The notes under the pieces are model-generated. The model was not told the origin of the DNA. It saw only the letters and a program-made list of their open reading frames with translations, and ran no database searches. A stretch of DNA of 32,000 nt from Cylindrospermopsis raciborskii Cr2010 (GTDB lineage: Bacteria > Cyanobacteriota > Cyanobacteriia > Cyanobacteriales > Nostocaceae), in assembly GCF_003367075.2 (NCBI RefSeq), contig NZ_CP065936.1, forward strand, positions 2,910,001 to 2,942,000, written 5' to 3'. Positions 1 to 9,892 of this stretch are shown here, in pieces (position 1 is the first letter of the stretch; each line of letters starts with the position of its first letter). The position numbers and the translations under genes are program-made.

Positions 1-669
1 GAGATTATCAGTGGCTTTTTTGGCCATAGCTCCCACAGGATTTAAAAACAACTGGGCAATATCCCACACCTGAAAAAGTTTCTTGGCAGCAGGTTCTAAT
101 TGACGATAAACTTCATAGCTTTGATAAACTTGTCCCACACTAACTTGATTTAAAAACGGGGATAATTTTTGCATCCATTTATCCATATCATCCACCGTAC
201 CACGAATTAATCCATATACTTGGGGAATGTAAATACTTAACAAGGGATATTTCACTTCTGGGTTATATATATGGGCAATCCCCACTACTAAATCTTCACA
301 TCTTTGCCAGAAAGTTTGTAAGTCCTCCCAAATGGCAAGATCATTTTTACCATCATTTAGAACTTTTTGTAATATCCTTTCTACCTGCTCGCTTTTTTCT
401 TTCTCTAAAGAGAAATTCACATCTTTCTCCTCACTCCATGCCAATTCTTCTTTAACCTGATCAAACACACTCTCAATTTGATTAATCATTGGTTTGGTCA
501 ATTTCACCAACAGCCAACGCCATCCAGTCAATATTAGTATAAATATACCCCAAATCCAATTTAACCCCCAACTGTTAATTTGTATCCCAGCCAATACAAG
601 TATGAAAGCAATGATTAATACTATAGGCGAGATTAATACTAACCATTGCCAGGATTTTAAACGATTCAT
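1..669 (-). CDS. hypothetical membrane protein, N-terminal 223 codons (3' end runs off the left edge of the window)
   Basis: Absent from the supplied ORF track because it has no stop in the window. I checked by hand that the minus-strand frame from ATG 669-667 has no in-frame stop down to position 1. The translation starts MNRLKSWQWLVLISPIVLIIAFILVLAGIQINSWGLNWIWGIFILILTGWRWLLV, which gives two hydrophobic helices, followed by a soluble part (...EDLQTFWQRCEDLVVGIAHIYNPEVKYPLLSIYIPQVYGLIRGTVDDMDKW...). No family recognised. Confidence 0.6.
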   Translation of the reverse strand, partial: MNRLKSWQWLVLISPIVLIIAFILVLAGIQINSWGLNWIWGIFILILTGWRWLLVKLTKPMINQIESVFDQVKEELAWSEEKDVNFSLEKEKSEQVERILQKVLNDGKNDLAIWEDLQTFWQRCEDLVVGIAHIYNPEVKYPLLSIYIPQVYGLIRGTVDDMDKWMQKLSPFLNQVSVGQVYQSYEVYRQLEPAAKKLFQVWDIAQLFLNPVGAMAKKATDNL

Positions 670-710
670 AAAAACCACTTATTGTTACTTATTGTCCCCA
701 TTTCCTCCCT

Positions 711-962
711 CTATTTAATCACTATCTCCCTTACCAATATACTCATCACCTCTCCCGGGTTACTAGTTGGCATCAAATCACTCCAATCAGTTGCATGAGC
801 ATAACCAAGCACATGTAAATAATGAATCGTACTGATAACTGTTTTCTTCGATCCAATTAACAGGTGTTTTAATGGTTCCCTGCGATCGCCTTCTGGAACT
901 ATTTTAGTGCCAACTACTGTAGTGTCACTAACATTCCCGATAAAATTCCTGGTTTGTGCCAT
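711..962 (-). CDS. hypothetical small protein (83 aa)
   Basis: ATG-initiated ORF with GAGG about 11 nt upstream. It is co-directional with the membrane-protein gene and 41 nt upstream of it, so the two may form an operon. The composition is not low-complexity. No family recognised. Confidence 0.5.
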   Translation of the reverse strand: MAQTRNFIGNVSDTTVVGTKIVPEGDRREPLKHLLIGSKKTVISTIHYLHVLGYAHATDWSDLMPTSNPGEVMSILVREIVIK

Positions 963-989
963 AATTTCATTACCTCTGAGTAAAGGGGT

Positions 990-1035
990 GTAAGGTGATC
1001 GGGCCCTTCCTGATCAGAAATCCAGATCACCTTAC
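990..1035. repeat. perfect 11-bp inverted repeat GTAAGGTGATC / GATCACCTTAC with a 24-nt spacer containing GGGCCC and TGATCA palindromes
   Basis: Read directly from the sequence. It lies 27 nt upstream of the start codon of the minus-strand 83-aa gene, so it could be a 5'-UTR hairpin or an operator. On the plus strand it is followed by TTTTA. Confidence 0.5.
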
Positions 1036-1160
1036 TTTTAAGTATAACAGCTAGTCAAATAAATATGCAAGGGGTTTATAGAAAAAAATTAATAAAATTT
1101 GTAAATCTTTTCGACTTGTCAAGCATAAGTGAAAAATGAAAAATTTTACACCTTACAATT

Positions 1161-1351
1161 ACCCACGACAAAGCCAGTCGGTTTTTAACCTAGGAAGCTT
1201 TAAGACAATTAATTTCCTGTCTCCCCCACGGACAGTCTCCAGGTAGGGGTTAATTCAAACAATTATAGTTAATCCCATAGAGAGTGCTTCGCGATCGCCC
1301 TCTTGAATTAGAGATAAACTAGGATAAGATAATAAGCACATATTCATTGGT
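1161..1351 (+). other. left boundary of the paralog array: long-form 'linker' element joined directly to a short leader, with no 123-bp repeats
   Basis: acccacgacaaagccagtcgg...ctttaagacaattaatttcctgtctcccccacggacagtctccagg is followed at once by taggggttaattcaaacaattatagttaatccc. These are the same two junction sequences that flank every internal repeat block. The leader here is about 40 bp shorter than the internal leaders and keeps an intact HIP1 site (gcgatcgc, 1291-1298). Confidence 0.6.
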
Positions 1352-2901
1352 ATGAACCCCAAAAATCTCCCCCTGGGGATCAACACCCTAGATAAACTAC
1401 GCGGTAGCAACTGTATTTACGTGGACAAAACACGACTTGCCCTCCAGTTGATAAAACAGCCTGGAGCCTTCTTTTTGTCTCGTCCCCGACGTTTTGGCAA
1501 AAGTCTGTTTATAGATACCCTCAAGGAGATTTTTGAAGGGAATCAGAAATTATTTGAGGGGCTTTATATCCATGACCAATGGGATTGGAGTAGAAAATTC
1601 CCAGTGATTAAAATAGACTTTGCTGGTGGGGTATTAAAAAACCGACAAGAGCTGGATCTGCGCATACTGGATATTTTACACGAAAACGCAGAGTATCTGG
1701 GTGTGTCCTACGAGTCAACAGATATACCAGGAAAATTAGGAACTTTGATTCGTAAGGCCATGGCAAAATATGGAGAACGTGCGGTGGTGCTGGTGGATGA
1801 ATACGATAAACCCATCCTAGACAACATCGACAACCCACCTATTGCTGCTGAAATGAGAGAGGGACTCAAGAACCTATACTCGGTTCTCAAGCAACAGGAT
1901 GCCAACATCCAGTTCATCTTCATGACTGGAGTCACCAAATTCTCCAAAGTCAGCCTTTTTAGCGGGTAAATCAACTCACGGACATTACCATCAGTAGGGA
2001 TTTTTCCACCATTTGTGGTACACCCAGGAAGATTTTGGAGCAAAAACCTTTGCCAGCACTTGCAAGGGTAGACTGGGATAAACTGCGCCTCTGGTATAAT
2101 GGATACTCGTGGCGTGGCGATTCCGTTTATAACCCCTACGATATCTTACTGTTTATCCGTGAGGGAATGGAGTATGGCAACTACTGGTTTGAGACAGGAA
2201 ACCCCACCTTCTTAATTAAGCTATTTCAGACCAACTGCTACTTCCTCCCCAAATTAGAGCATCTAGAAGTAACCGAAGAGATTTTAAAGTCCTTTGAAAT
2301 AGAACGAATTAACCCAGTCACCCTGTTATTTCAATCTGGGTATTTGACCATTGAGAGCACCTTTACCGCTATGGAACGTTACATGTTCCGACTGAAAATT
2401 CCTAACCAGGAAGTGAAAGTCGCCTTGGGAGATCAATTAGTCAACGCCTACACGGACTTCGTTGAAGAGAAATTGGGTATTCAGAGACCCTTGTATGAAA
2501 ACTTATTTCAAGGTGATGTTAATGGATTTATCGACACAGTAAGACGCCTATTTGCTTCTATACCTTGGCGGAACTTTACCAACAATGACCTGGCTAATTT
2601 TGAGGGCTACTACGCTTCTGTGCTATATGCTTTCCTGAGTTCCTTAAATGCGCGCATCATTCCCGAAGATATCACCAACTATGGTCAAGCGGACATAACG
2701 GCCATGTTGGGTAATCATATTTACGTGATAGAAATCAAAGTAGTAGATGGGGAGAACGTAAAAGAGAACCTAGCCCTAAAACAAATTCGGGAATGTAACT
2801 ATGCGCAAAAGTATAGAGGAGAACCGGGGAGAACCGTTCATGAAGTGGGGTTGGTTTTTAGTCGCAGCAAACGTAACCTCATCCAAGCAGATTGGGAATA
2901 A
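1352..2901 (+). pseudogene. AAA-ATPase_like + PD-(D/E)XK (PDDEXK_9-type) protein, copy 1, frame-disrupted (cassettes A-A-H3)
   Basis: ORF pieces 1352-1969 and 2035-2901 are colinear with the intact 516-aa copy at 24733. Several 1-2 nt homopolymer indels are clustered at about 1966-2075, for example agcgggtaaatc versus agcgggttaaatc and gcaaaaacc versus gcaaacc. Confidence 0.75.
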
Positions 2902-2972
2902 ATTAAGATAAATATAATCAGTCACGATAAAACTGAATTAGGCTTTGAGACAATTAATTCCCTGTCTCCCCC

Positions 2973-3741
2973 ACGGACAGTCTCCAGGTGTGGGTTAATT
3001 CAACTAAATCACGGGTAATCCTTTGCAATCGCGTTTATATATATCCTGTGGGTTTGTTGGGTTTCGTTCCTCAACCCAACCTACGAAACTCTCCCACGGA
3101 CAGTCTCCAGGTAGGGGTTAATTCAACTAAATCACGGGTAATCCTTTGTAATCTCGTTTATATATATCCTGTGGGTTTGTTGGGTTTCGTTCCTCAACCC
3201 AACCTACGAAACTCTCCCACAGACAGTCTCCAGGTAGGGGTTAATTCAACTAAATCACGGGTAATCCTTTGTAATCTCGTTTATATATATCCTGTGGGTT
3301 TGTTGGGTTTCGTTCCTCAACCCAACCTACGAAACTCTCCCACAGACAGTCTCCAGGTAGGGGTTAATTCAACTAAATCACGGGTAATCCTTTGCAATCG
3401 CGTTTATATATATCCTGTGGGTTTGTTGGGTTTCGTTCCTCAACCCAACCTACGAAGCTCTCCCACAGACAGTCTCCAGGTAGGGGTTAATTCAACTAAA
3501 TCACGGGTAATCCTTTGCAATCGCGTTTATATATATCCTGTGGGTTTGTTGGGTTTCGTTCCTCAACCCAACCTACGAAGCTCTCCCACAGACAGTCTCC
3601 AGGTAGGGGTTAATTCAACTAAATCACGGGTAATCCTTTGCAATCGCGTTTATATATATCCTGTGGGTTTGTTGGGTTTCGTTCCTCAACCCAACCTACG
3701 AAGCTCTCCCACGGACAGTCTCCAGATGTGGGTTAATTCAA
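2973..3741 (+). repeat. 123-bp tandem repeat block 1, 6 full units
   Basis: The 'acggacag' phase marker occurs at 2973, 3096, 3219, 3342, 3465, 3588 and 3711, an exact 123-bp period. Each unit contains the hairpin GTTGGGTT-tcgttcctc-AACCCAAC. Confidence 0.97.
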
Positions 3742-3820
3742 ACAATTATAGTTAATCCCATAAGTAGTGCTTCGCAATCACTTTTAATTTAAAATAAATT
3801 CACATAAATAACCCCGGTGA

Positions 3821-3849
3821 TTGAATTAGAGATAAACTAAAATTAAGAT
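3821..3849 (+). promoter_or_regulatory. candidate sigma70-type promoter TTGAAT-N17-TAAGAT, 13 nt upstream of the ATG (representative of 9 copies)
   Basis: The same motif sits at ATG-42 to ATG-14 of the copies starting at 3863, 6132, 8268, 10540 and 15488. It has -10 TAGGAT at the copies starting at 12889, 19598, 21983 and 24733. Copy 1 has TTGAAT-N16-TAAGAT at 1303-1330. The motif is absent upstream of copy 9 (17081). This is motif matching only. Confidence 0.35.
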
Positions 3850-3862
3850 AATAAGCATTAGT

Positions 3863-5416
3863 ATGAACCCCAAAAATCTCCCGTTGGGAATCAACACCCT
3901 GAGTATGCTACGGGAAAACAATTGTGTCTATGTGGACAAAACCGAAATAGCTCACGGTCTGATACGCATTCCTGGACGCTTCTTTCTATCTCGTCCCCGA
4001 CGTTTCGGCAAAAGTTTGTTTATAGATACCCTCAAGGAGATTTTTGAGGGGAATCAGAAATTATTTGAGGGGCTTTATATCTATGGCCAATGGGACTGGA
4101 GTAGAAAATTCCCAGTGATTAAAATAGACTTTGCTGGTGGAGTATTAAAAAACCGACAAGAGCTGGACCAAAAAATTAATGGTATTTTTTTAAAAACTGC
4201 CCAATCCCTGGGAGTGGACTATGAACTAAAGGATATTCAAGGTCGTTTCGGGGAAATTATTGCGGGTGCATATCAACGATTTGGAGAAAGGACTGTGGTG
4301 CTGGTAGATGAATATGATAAACCCATCCTGGATAATATAGACAACCCACCCGTTGCTGCTGAAATGAGAGAGGGGCTCAAGAATCTATACTCAGTCCTCA
4401 AGGAGCAGGATGCCAACCTGCAGTTTGTCTTCATGACTGGAGTCACCAAATTCTCCAAAGTCAGCCTTTTTAGCGGTTTAAACCAACTCACGGACATCAC
4501 CATTGATACTAGATACTCTTCCATCTGCGGTTACACGGAAACCGACCTCACCGAATCCTTCGGAGAACATCTTGCAGGAGCAGATCGAGAAGCAGTACGC
4601 TCTTGGTATAATGGTTATAACTGGACAGGTTCCGAGAGCGTTTATAACCCCTACGATATCCTCATGTTTATCGATAAGGGCAAGATATTTCACAACTACT
4701 GGTTTGAAACCGGGAACCCGACGTTCCTGGTTAAATTATTTCAAGCCAACAGCTACTTCCTCCCTAACCTAGAGCATCTAGAGGTAACCGAGGAGATCTT
4801 AGAGTCCTTTGAAGTAGAACGGATAAACCCCGTCACCTTGTTATTTCAATCTGGGTATTTGACCATTGATCATACCTTTATCCGTCGCCATCGCTCCATG
4901 TTTGCTCTAAAAATACCCAACATGGAAGTTCGTCTGACATTAAATGACCATTTTATCAACGCGTATACGGAAATAGTAAATGAAAAGAGTGCTATCCAAG
5001 ATAGATTATATGAGTATATGTGTAGTGGAGATTTAGAATCAACAGTGAAAGCAGTAAAGCGTCTATTTGCAGGGATTCCCTGGCGGAACTTTACTAACAA
5101 TGACCTGGCTAATTTTGAGGGTTACTATGCTTCTGTGCTATATGCTTTCTTGAGTTCCTTAAATGCGCGCATCATTCCCGAAGATATCACCAACTATGGT
5201 CAAGCGGACATAACAGCCATCTTGGGTGATCATATTTACGTGATAGAAATCAAAGTAGTAGATGGGGACAATGTAAAAGAGAACCTAGCCCTAAAACAAA
5301 TACGGGAATGTAACTATGCACAAAAGTATAGGGGAGAACCAGGTAAAACTGTTCATGAAGTGGGGTTAGTTTTTAGTCGCAGCAAACGTAATCTCATTCA
5401 AGCAGATTGGAAATAA
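3863..5416 (+). CDS. AAA-ATPase_like + PD-(D/E)XK (PDDEXK_9-type) protein, copy 2, intact 517 aa (cassettes B-B-H1)
   Basis: The N-terminus has the family hallmark LPLGINT...YVDKT...FFLSRPRRFGKSLF (GKS at aa 49-51). A Walker-B-like VVLVDEYD lies at aa 145-152. The C-terminal nuclease core is E440...D449...E462-I-K464 (YGQADITA...YVIEIKV). Confidence 0.9.
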   Translation: MNPKNLPLGINTLSMLRENNCVYVDKTEIAHGLIRIPGRFFLSRPRRFGKSLFIDTLKEIFEGNQKLFEGLYIYGQWDWSRKFPVIKIDFAGGVLKNRQELDQKINGIFLKTAQSLGVDYELKDIQGRFGEIIAGAYQRFGERTVVLVDEYDKPILDNIDNPPVAAEMREGLKNLYSVLKEQDANLQFVFMTGVTKFSKVSLFSGLNQLTDITIDTRYSSICGYTETDLTESFGEHLAGADREAVRSWYNGYNWTGSESVYNPYDILMFIDKGKIFHNYWFETGNPTFLVKLFQANSYFLPNLEHLEVTEEILESFEVERINPVTLLFQSGYLTIDHTFIRRHRSMFALKIPNMEVRLTLNDHFINAYTEIVNEKSAIQDRLYEYMCSGDLESTVKAVKRLFAGIPWRNFTNNDLANFEGYYASVLYAFLSSLNARIIPEDITNYGQADITAILGDHIYVIEIKVVDGDNVKENLALKQIRECNYAQKYRGEPGKTVHEVGLVFSRSKRNLIQADWK

Positions 5417-5487
5417 GTTAAGATAAATATAATCACTCACGATAAAACCGAATTAGGCTTTGAGACAATTAATTCCCTGTCTCCCCC

Positions 5488-6010
5488 ACGGACAGTCTCC
5501 AGGTAGGGGTTAATTCAACTAAATCACGGGTAATCCTTTGCAATCGCGTTTATATATATCCTGTGGGTTTGTTGGGTTTCGTTCCTCAACCCAACCTACG
5601 AAGCTCTCCCACGGACAGTCTCCAGGTAGGGGTTAATTCAACTAAATCACGGGTAATCCTTTGCAATCGCGTTTATATATATCCTGTGGGTTTGTTGGGT
5701 TTCGTTCCTCAACCCAACCTACGAAGCTCTCCCACGGACAGTCTCCAGGTAGGGGTTAATTCAACTAAATCACGGGTAATCCTTTGCAATCGCGTTTATA
5801 TATATCCTGTGGGTTTGTTGGGTTTCGTTCCTCAACCCAACCTACGAAACTCTCCCACGGACAGTCTCCAGGTAGGGGTTAATTCAACTAAATCACGGGT
5901 AATCCTTTGCAATCGCGTTTATATATATCCTGTGGGTTTGTTGGGTTTCGTTCCTCAACCCAACCTACGAAGCTCTCCCACGGACAGTCTCCAGGTAGGG
6001 GTTAATTCAA
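5488..6010 (+). repeat. 123-bp tandem repeat block 2, 4 full units
   Basis: Phase marker at 5488 and 5980, a difference of 492 = 4 x 123. All junctions are of the 'gtagg' type. Confidence 0.97.
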
Positions 6011-6131
6011 ACAATTATAGTTAATCCCATAAGTAGTGCTTCGCAATCACTTTTAATTTAAAATAAATTCACATAAATAACCCCGGTGATTGAATTAGAG
6101 ATAAACTAAAATTAAGATAATAAGCATTAGT

Positions 6132-7675
6132 ATGAACCCCAAAAATCTCCCCCTGGGGATCAACACCCTAGATAAACTACGCGGTAGCAACTGTATTTAT
6201 GTGGACAAAACACCGCTTGCCCTCCAGTTAATAAAACAGCCTGGAGCCTTCTTTCTATCTCGTCCCCGACGTTTTGGTAAAAGTCTGTTTCTAGATACCC
6301 TCAAGGAGATTTTTGAGGGGAATCAGAAATTATTTGAGGGGCTTTATATCTATGACCAATGGGACTGGAGTAGAAAATTCCCAGTGATTAAAATAGATTT
6401 TGCTGGTGGGGTATTAAAAAACCGACAAGAGCTGGATCTGCGAATACTGGATATTTTACACGAAAACGCAGAGTATCTGGGTGTGTCCTACGAGTCAACT
6501 GATATACCGGGAAAATTAGGAACTTTGATTCGTAAGGCCATGGCAAAATATGGAGAACGTGCGGTGGTGCTAGTGGATGAATACGACAAACCCATCCTAG
6601 ACAATATAGACAACCCACCTATTGCTGCTGAAATGAGAGAGGGGCTCAAGAATCTATACTCCGTTCTCAAGCAACAGGATGCCAACCTGCAGTTTGTCTT
6701 CATGACTGGAGTCACCAAATTCTCCAAAGTCAGCCTTTTTAGCGGTTTAAACCAACTCACGGACATCACCATTGATACTAGATACTCTTCCATCTGCGGT
6801 TACACGGAAACCGACCTCACCGAATCCTTCGGAGAACATCTTGCAGGAGCAGATCGAGAAGCGGTACGCTCTTGGTATAATGGTTATAACTGGACGGGTT
6901 CCGAGAGCGTTTATAACCCCTACGACATCCTCATGTTTATCGATAAGGGCAAGATATTTCACAACTACTGGTTTGAAACCGGGAACCCGACGTTCCTGGT
7001 TAAATTATTTCAAGCCAACAGCTACTTCCTCCCTAACCTAGAGCATCTAGAGGTAACCGAGGAGATCTTAGAGTCCTTTGAAGTAGAACGGATAAACCCC
7101 GTCACCTTGTTATTTCAATCTGGGTATTTGACCATTGATCATACCTTTATCCGTCGCCATCGCCCAAGTTTGTCTAAAAATACCCAACATGAAGTTCGTC
7201 TGACATTAAATGACCATTTTATCAACGCGTATACGGAAATAGTAAATGAAAAGAGTGCTATCCAAGATAGATTATATGAGTATTGTGTAGTGAGATTTAG
7301 AATCAACAGTGAAGCAGTAAAGCGTCTATTTGCAGGGATTCCCTGGCGGAACTTTACTAACAATGACCTGCTAATTTTGAGGGTTACTATGCTTCTGTGC
7401 TATATGCTTTCTTGAGTTCCTTAAATGCGCGATCATTCGAAGATATCACCAACTATGGTCAAGCGGACATAACAGCCATCTTGGGTGATCATATTTACGT
7501 GATAGAAATCAAAGTAGTAGATGGGGACAGTGTAAAAGAGAACCTAGCCCTAAAACAAATACGGGAATGTAACTATGCACAAAAGTATAGGGGAGAACCA
7601 GGTAAAACTGTTCATGAAGTGGGGTTAGTTTTTAGTCGCAGCAAACGTAATCTCATTCAAGCAGATTGGGAATAA
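6132..7675 (+). pseudogene. AAA-ATPase_like + PD-(D/E)XK protein, copy 3, frame-disrupted (cassettes A-A-H1)
   Basis: ORF pieces 6132-7415 and 7397-7675. An indel patch at about 7160-7440 gives a net -10 nt relative to 1554 nt. The rest is near-identical to the intact copies. Confidence 0.75.
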
Positions 7676-7746
7676 GTTAAGATAAATATAATCACTCACG
7701 ATAAAACCGAATTAGGCTTTGAGACAATTAATTCCCTGTCTCCCCC

Positions 7747-8146
7747 ACGGACAGTCTCCAGGTAGGGGTTAATTCAACTAAATCACGGCTAATCCTTTGC
7801 AATTGCGTTTATATATATCCTGTGGGTTTGTTGGGTTTTGTTCCTCAACCCAACCTACGAAGCTCCCCCACGGACAGTCTCCAGGTAGGGGTTAATTCAA
7901 CTAAATCACGGGTAATCCTTTGCAATCGCGTTTATATATATCCTGTGGGTTTGTTGGGTTTTGTTCCTCAACCCAACCTACGAAGCTCTCCCACGGACAG
8001 TCTCCAGATGTGGGTTAATTCAACTAAATCACGGCTAATCCTTTGCAATCGCGTTTATATATATCCTGTGGGTTTGTTGGGTTTCGTTCCTCAACCCAAC
8101 CTACGAAACTCTCCCACGGAGAGTCTCCAGGTAGGGGTTAATTCAA
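7747..8146 (+). repeat. 123-bp tandem repeat block 3, 3 full units
   Basis: Phase marker at 7747 and 8116, a difference of 369 = 3 x 123. Confidence 0.97.
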
Positions 8147-8267
8147 ACAATTATAGTTAATCCCATAAGTAGTGCTTCGCAATCACTTTTAATTTAAAAT
8201 AAATTCACATAAATAACCCCGGTGATTGAATTAGAGATAAACTAAAATTAAGATAATAAGCATTAGT

Positions 8268-9821
8268 ATGAACCCCAAAAATCTCCCCCTGGGGATCAAC
8301 ACCCTAGATAAACTACGCGGTAGCAACTGTATTTATGTGGACAAAACACCGCTTGCCCTCCAGTTAATAAAACAGCCTGGAGCCTTCTTTTTGTCTCGTC
8401 CCCGACGTTTTGGTAAAAGTCTGTTTATAGATACCCTCAAGGAGATTTTTGAGGGGAATCAGAAGTTATTTGAGGGGCTTTATATCTATGACCAATGGGG
8501 CTGGAGTAGAAAATTCCCAGTGATTAAAATAGATTTTGCTGGTGGGGTATTAAAAAACCGACAAGAGCTGGACCAAAAAATTAATGGTATTTTTTTAAAA
8601 ACTGCCCAATCCCTGGGAGTGGACTATGAACTAAAGGATATTCAAGGTCGTTTCGGGGAAATCATTGCTGGTGCATACCAACGATTTGGAGAAAGAACAG
8701 TGGTGCTGGTAGATGAATATGATAAACCCATCCTAGACAACATCGACAACCCAGCTATTGCTGCTGAAATGAGAGAGGGACTCAAAAACCTATACTCCGT
8801 CCTCAAGGAGCAGGATGCCAACCTGCAGTTTGTCTTCATGACTGGAGTCACCAAATTCTCCAAAGTCAGCCTTTTTAGCGGTTTAAACCAACTCACGGAC
8901 ATCACCATTGATACTAGATACTCTTCCATCTGCGGTTACACGGAAACCGACCTCACCGAATCCTTCGGAGAACATCTTGCAGGAGCAGATCGAGAAGCGG
9001 TACGCTCTTGGTATAATGGTTATAACTGGACGGGTTCCGAGAGCGTTTATAACCCCTACGACATCCTCATGTTTATCGATAAGGGCAAGATATTTCACAA
9101 CTACTGGTTTGAAACCGGAACCCGACGTTCCTGGTTAAATTATTTCAAAGCCAACAGCTACTTCCTCCCTAACCTAGAGCATCTAGGAGGTAACCGGAAT
9201 CTTAGAGTCAGCCTTGAGTAGAACGGATAACCCCGTCACCTTGTTATTTCAATCTTGGGTATTTGACCATTGATCATACCTTTATCCCGTCGCCATCGCT
9301 CCATGTTTGCTCTAAAATACCCAACATGGAAGTTCGTCTGACATTAAATGACCATTTTATCAACGGTATAGCGGAAATAGTAAATGAAAAGAGTGCTATC
9401 CAAGAAGATAGATTATATGAGTATATGTGTGTAGTGGAGATTTAGAATCAACAGTGAAAGCAGTAAAGCGTCTATTTGCAGGGATTCCTGGAACTTTACT
9501 AACAATGACCTGGCTAATTTTGAGGGTTACTATGCTTCTGTGCTATATGCTTTCTTGAGTTCCTTAAATGCGCGCATCATTCCCGAAGATATCACCAACT
9601 ATGGTCAAGCGGACATAACAGCCATCTTGGGTGATCATATTTACGTGATAGAAATCAAAGTAGTAGATGGGGACAGTGTAAAAGAGAACCTAGCCCTAAA
9701 ACAAATACGGGAATGTAACTATGCACAAAAGTATAGGGGAGAACCAGGTAAAACTGTTCATGAAGTGGGGTTAGTTTTTAGTCGCAGCAAACGTAATCTC
9801 ATTCAAGCAGATTGGGAATAA
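8268..9821 (+). pseudogene. AAA-ATPase_like + PD-(D/E)XK protein, copy 4, frame-disrupted (cassettes A-B-H1)
   Basis: ORF pieces 8268-9221, 9263-9445 and 9540-9821. There are many small indels at about 9115-9500. The total length is still 1554 nt, so the indels compensate each other. Confidence 0.75.
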
Positions 9822-9892
9822 GTTAAGATAAATATAATCACTCACGATAAAACCGAATTAGGCTTTGAGACAATTAATTCCCTGTCTCCCCC

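Noticed and set aside
494-718. Plus-strand 74-aa ORF
   Set aside because: It is almost entirely antisense to the N-terminal transmembrane-coding part of the minus-strand gene 1-669, has low-complexity composition and has no RBS.
2973-3741. CRISPR array interpretation of the repeat blocks
   Set aside because: The units are directly abutting 123-bp repeats with no unique spacers. The unit length is far outside CRISPR repeat sizes, and no cas genes are present in the window.
2973-3741. Classical integron cassette array, with the 123-bp units as attC sites (a size similar to Vibrio VCRs)
   Set aside because: No IntI-type integrase or attI is present in the window. The junction GTTAATT does not fit the GTTRRRY core. 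The unit lacks the end-to-end imperfect dyad symmetry of attC sites. Only the looser 'shared junction' analogy is kept as a finding.
2988-3755. Long ORFs running through every repeat block (2988-3755, 5563-6024, 7822-8160, 9943-10413, 12180-12818, 18775-19527, 21291-21875, 23677-23997, 24041-24625), encoding a 41-aa periodic peptide VGVNSTKSRVILCNRVYIYPVGLLGFVPQPNLRSSPTDSLQ
   Set aside because: The period (123) is a multiple of 3, so any stop-free frame of one unit stays open through the block. A 41-codon stop-free frame in one of six frames is not unusual, about 0.14 per frame. The starts are GTG/ATG codons created by the junction polymorphism and have no RBS. The ORFs end arbitrarily in the leader. 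I treat them as non-coding, though ribosome profiling would be needed to exclude translation.
5571-5595. Repeat hairpin as a Rho-independent terminator
   Set aside because: The 8-bp stem is followed by 'ctacgaag' on the plus strand and by 'aaacccac' on the minus strand. Neither strand has a U-tract.
5488-6010. G-quadruplex potential of the G-runs in each unit (GGGG at the junction, cacGGG, gtGGG, ttGGG)
   Set aside because: The loops between runs would be about 19, 35 and 6 nt, far longer than canonical G4 loops. There is no independent support.
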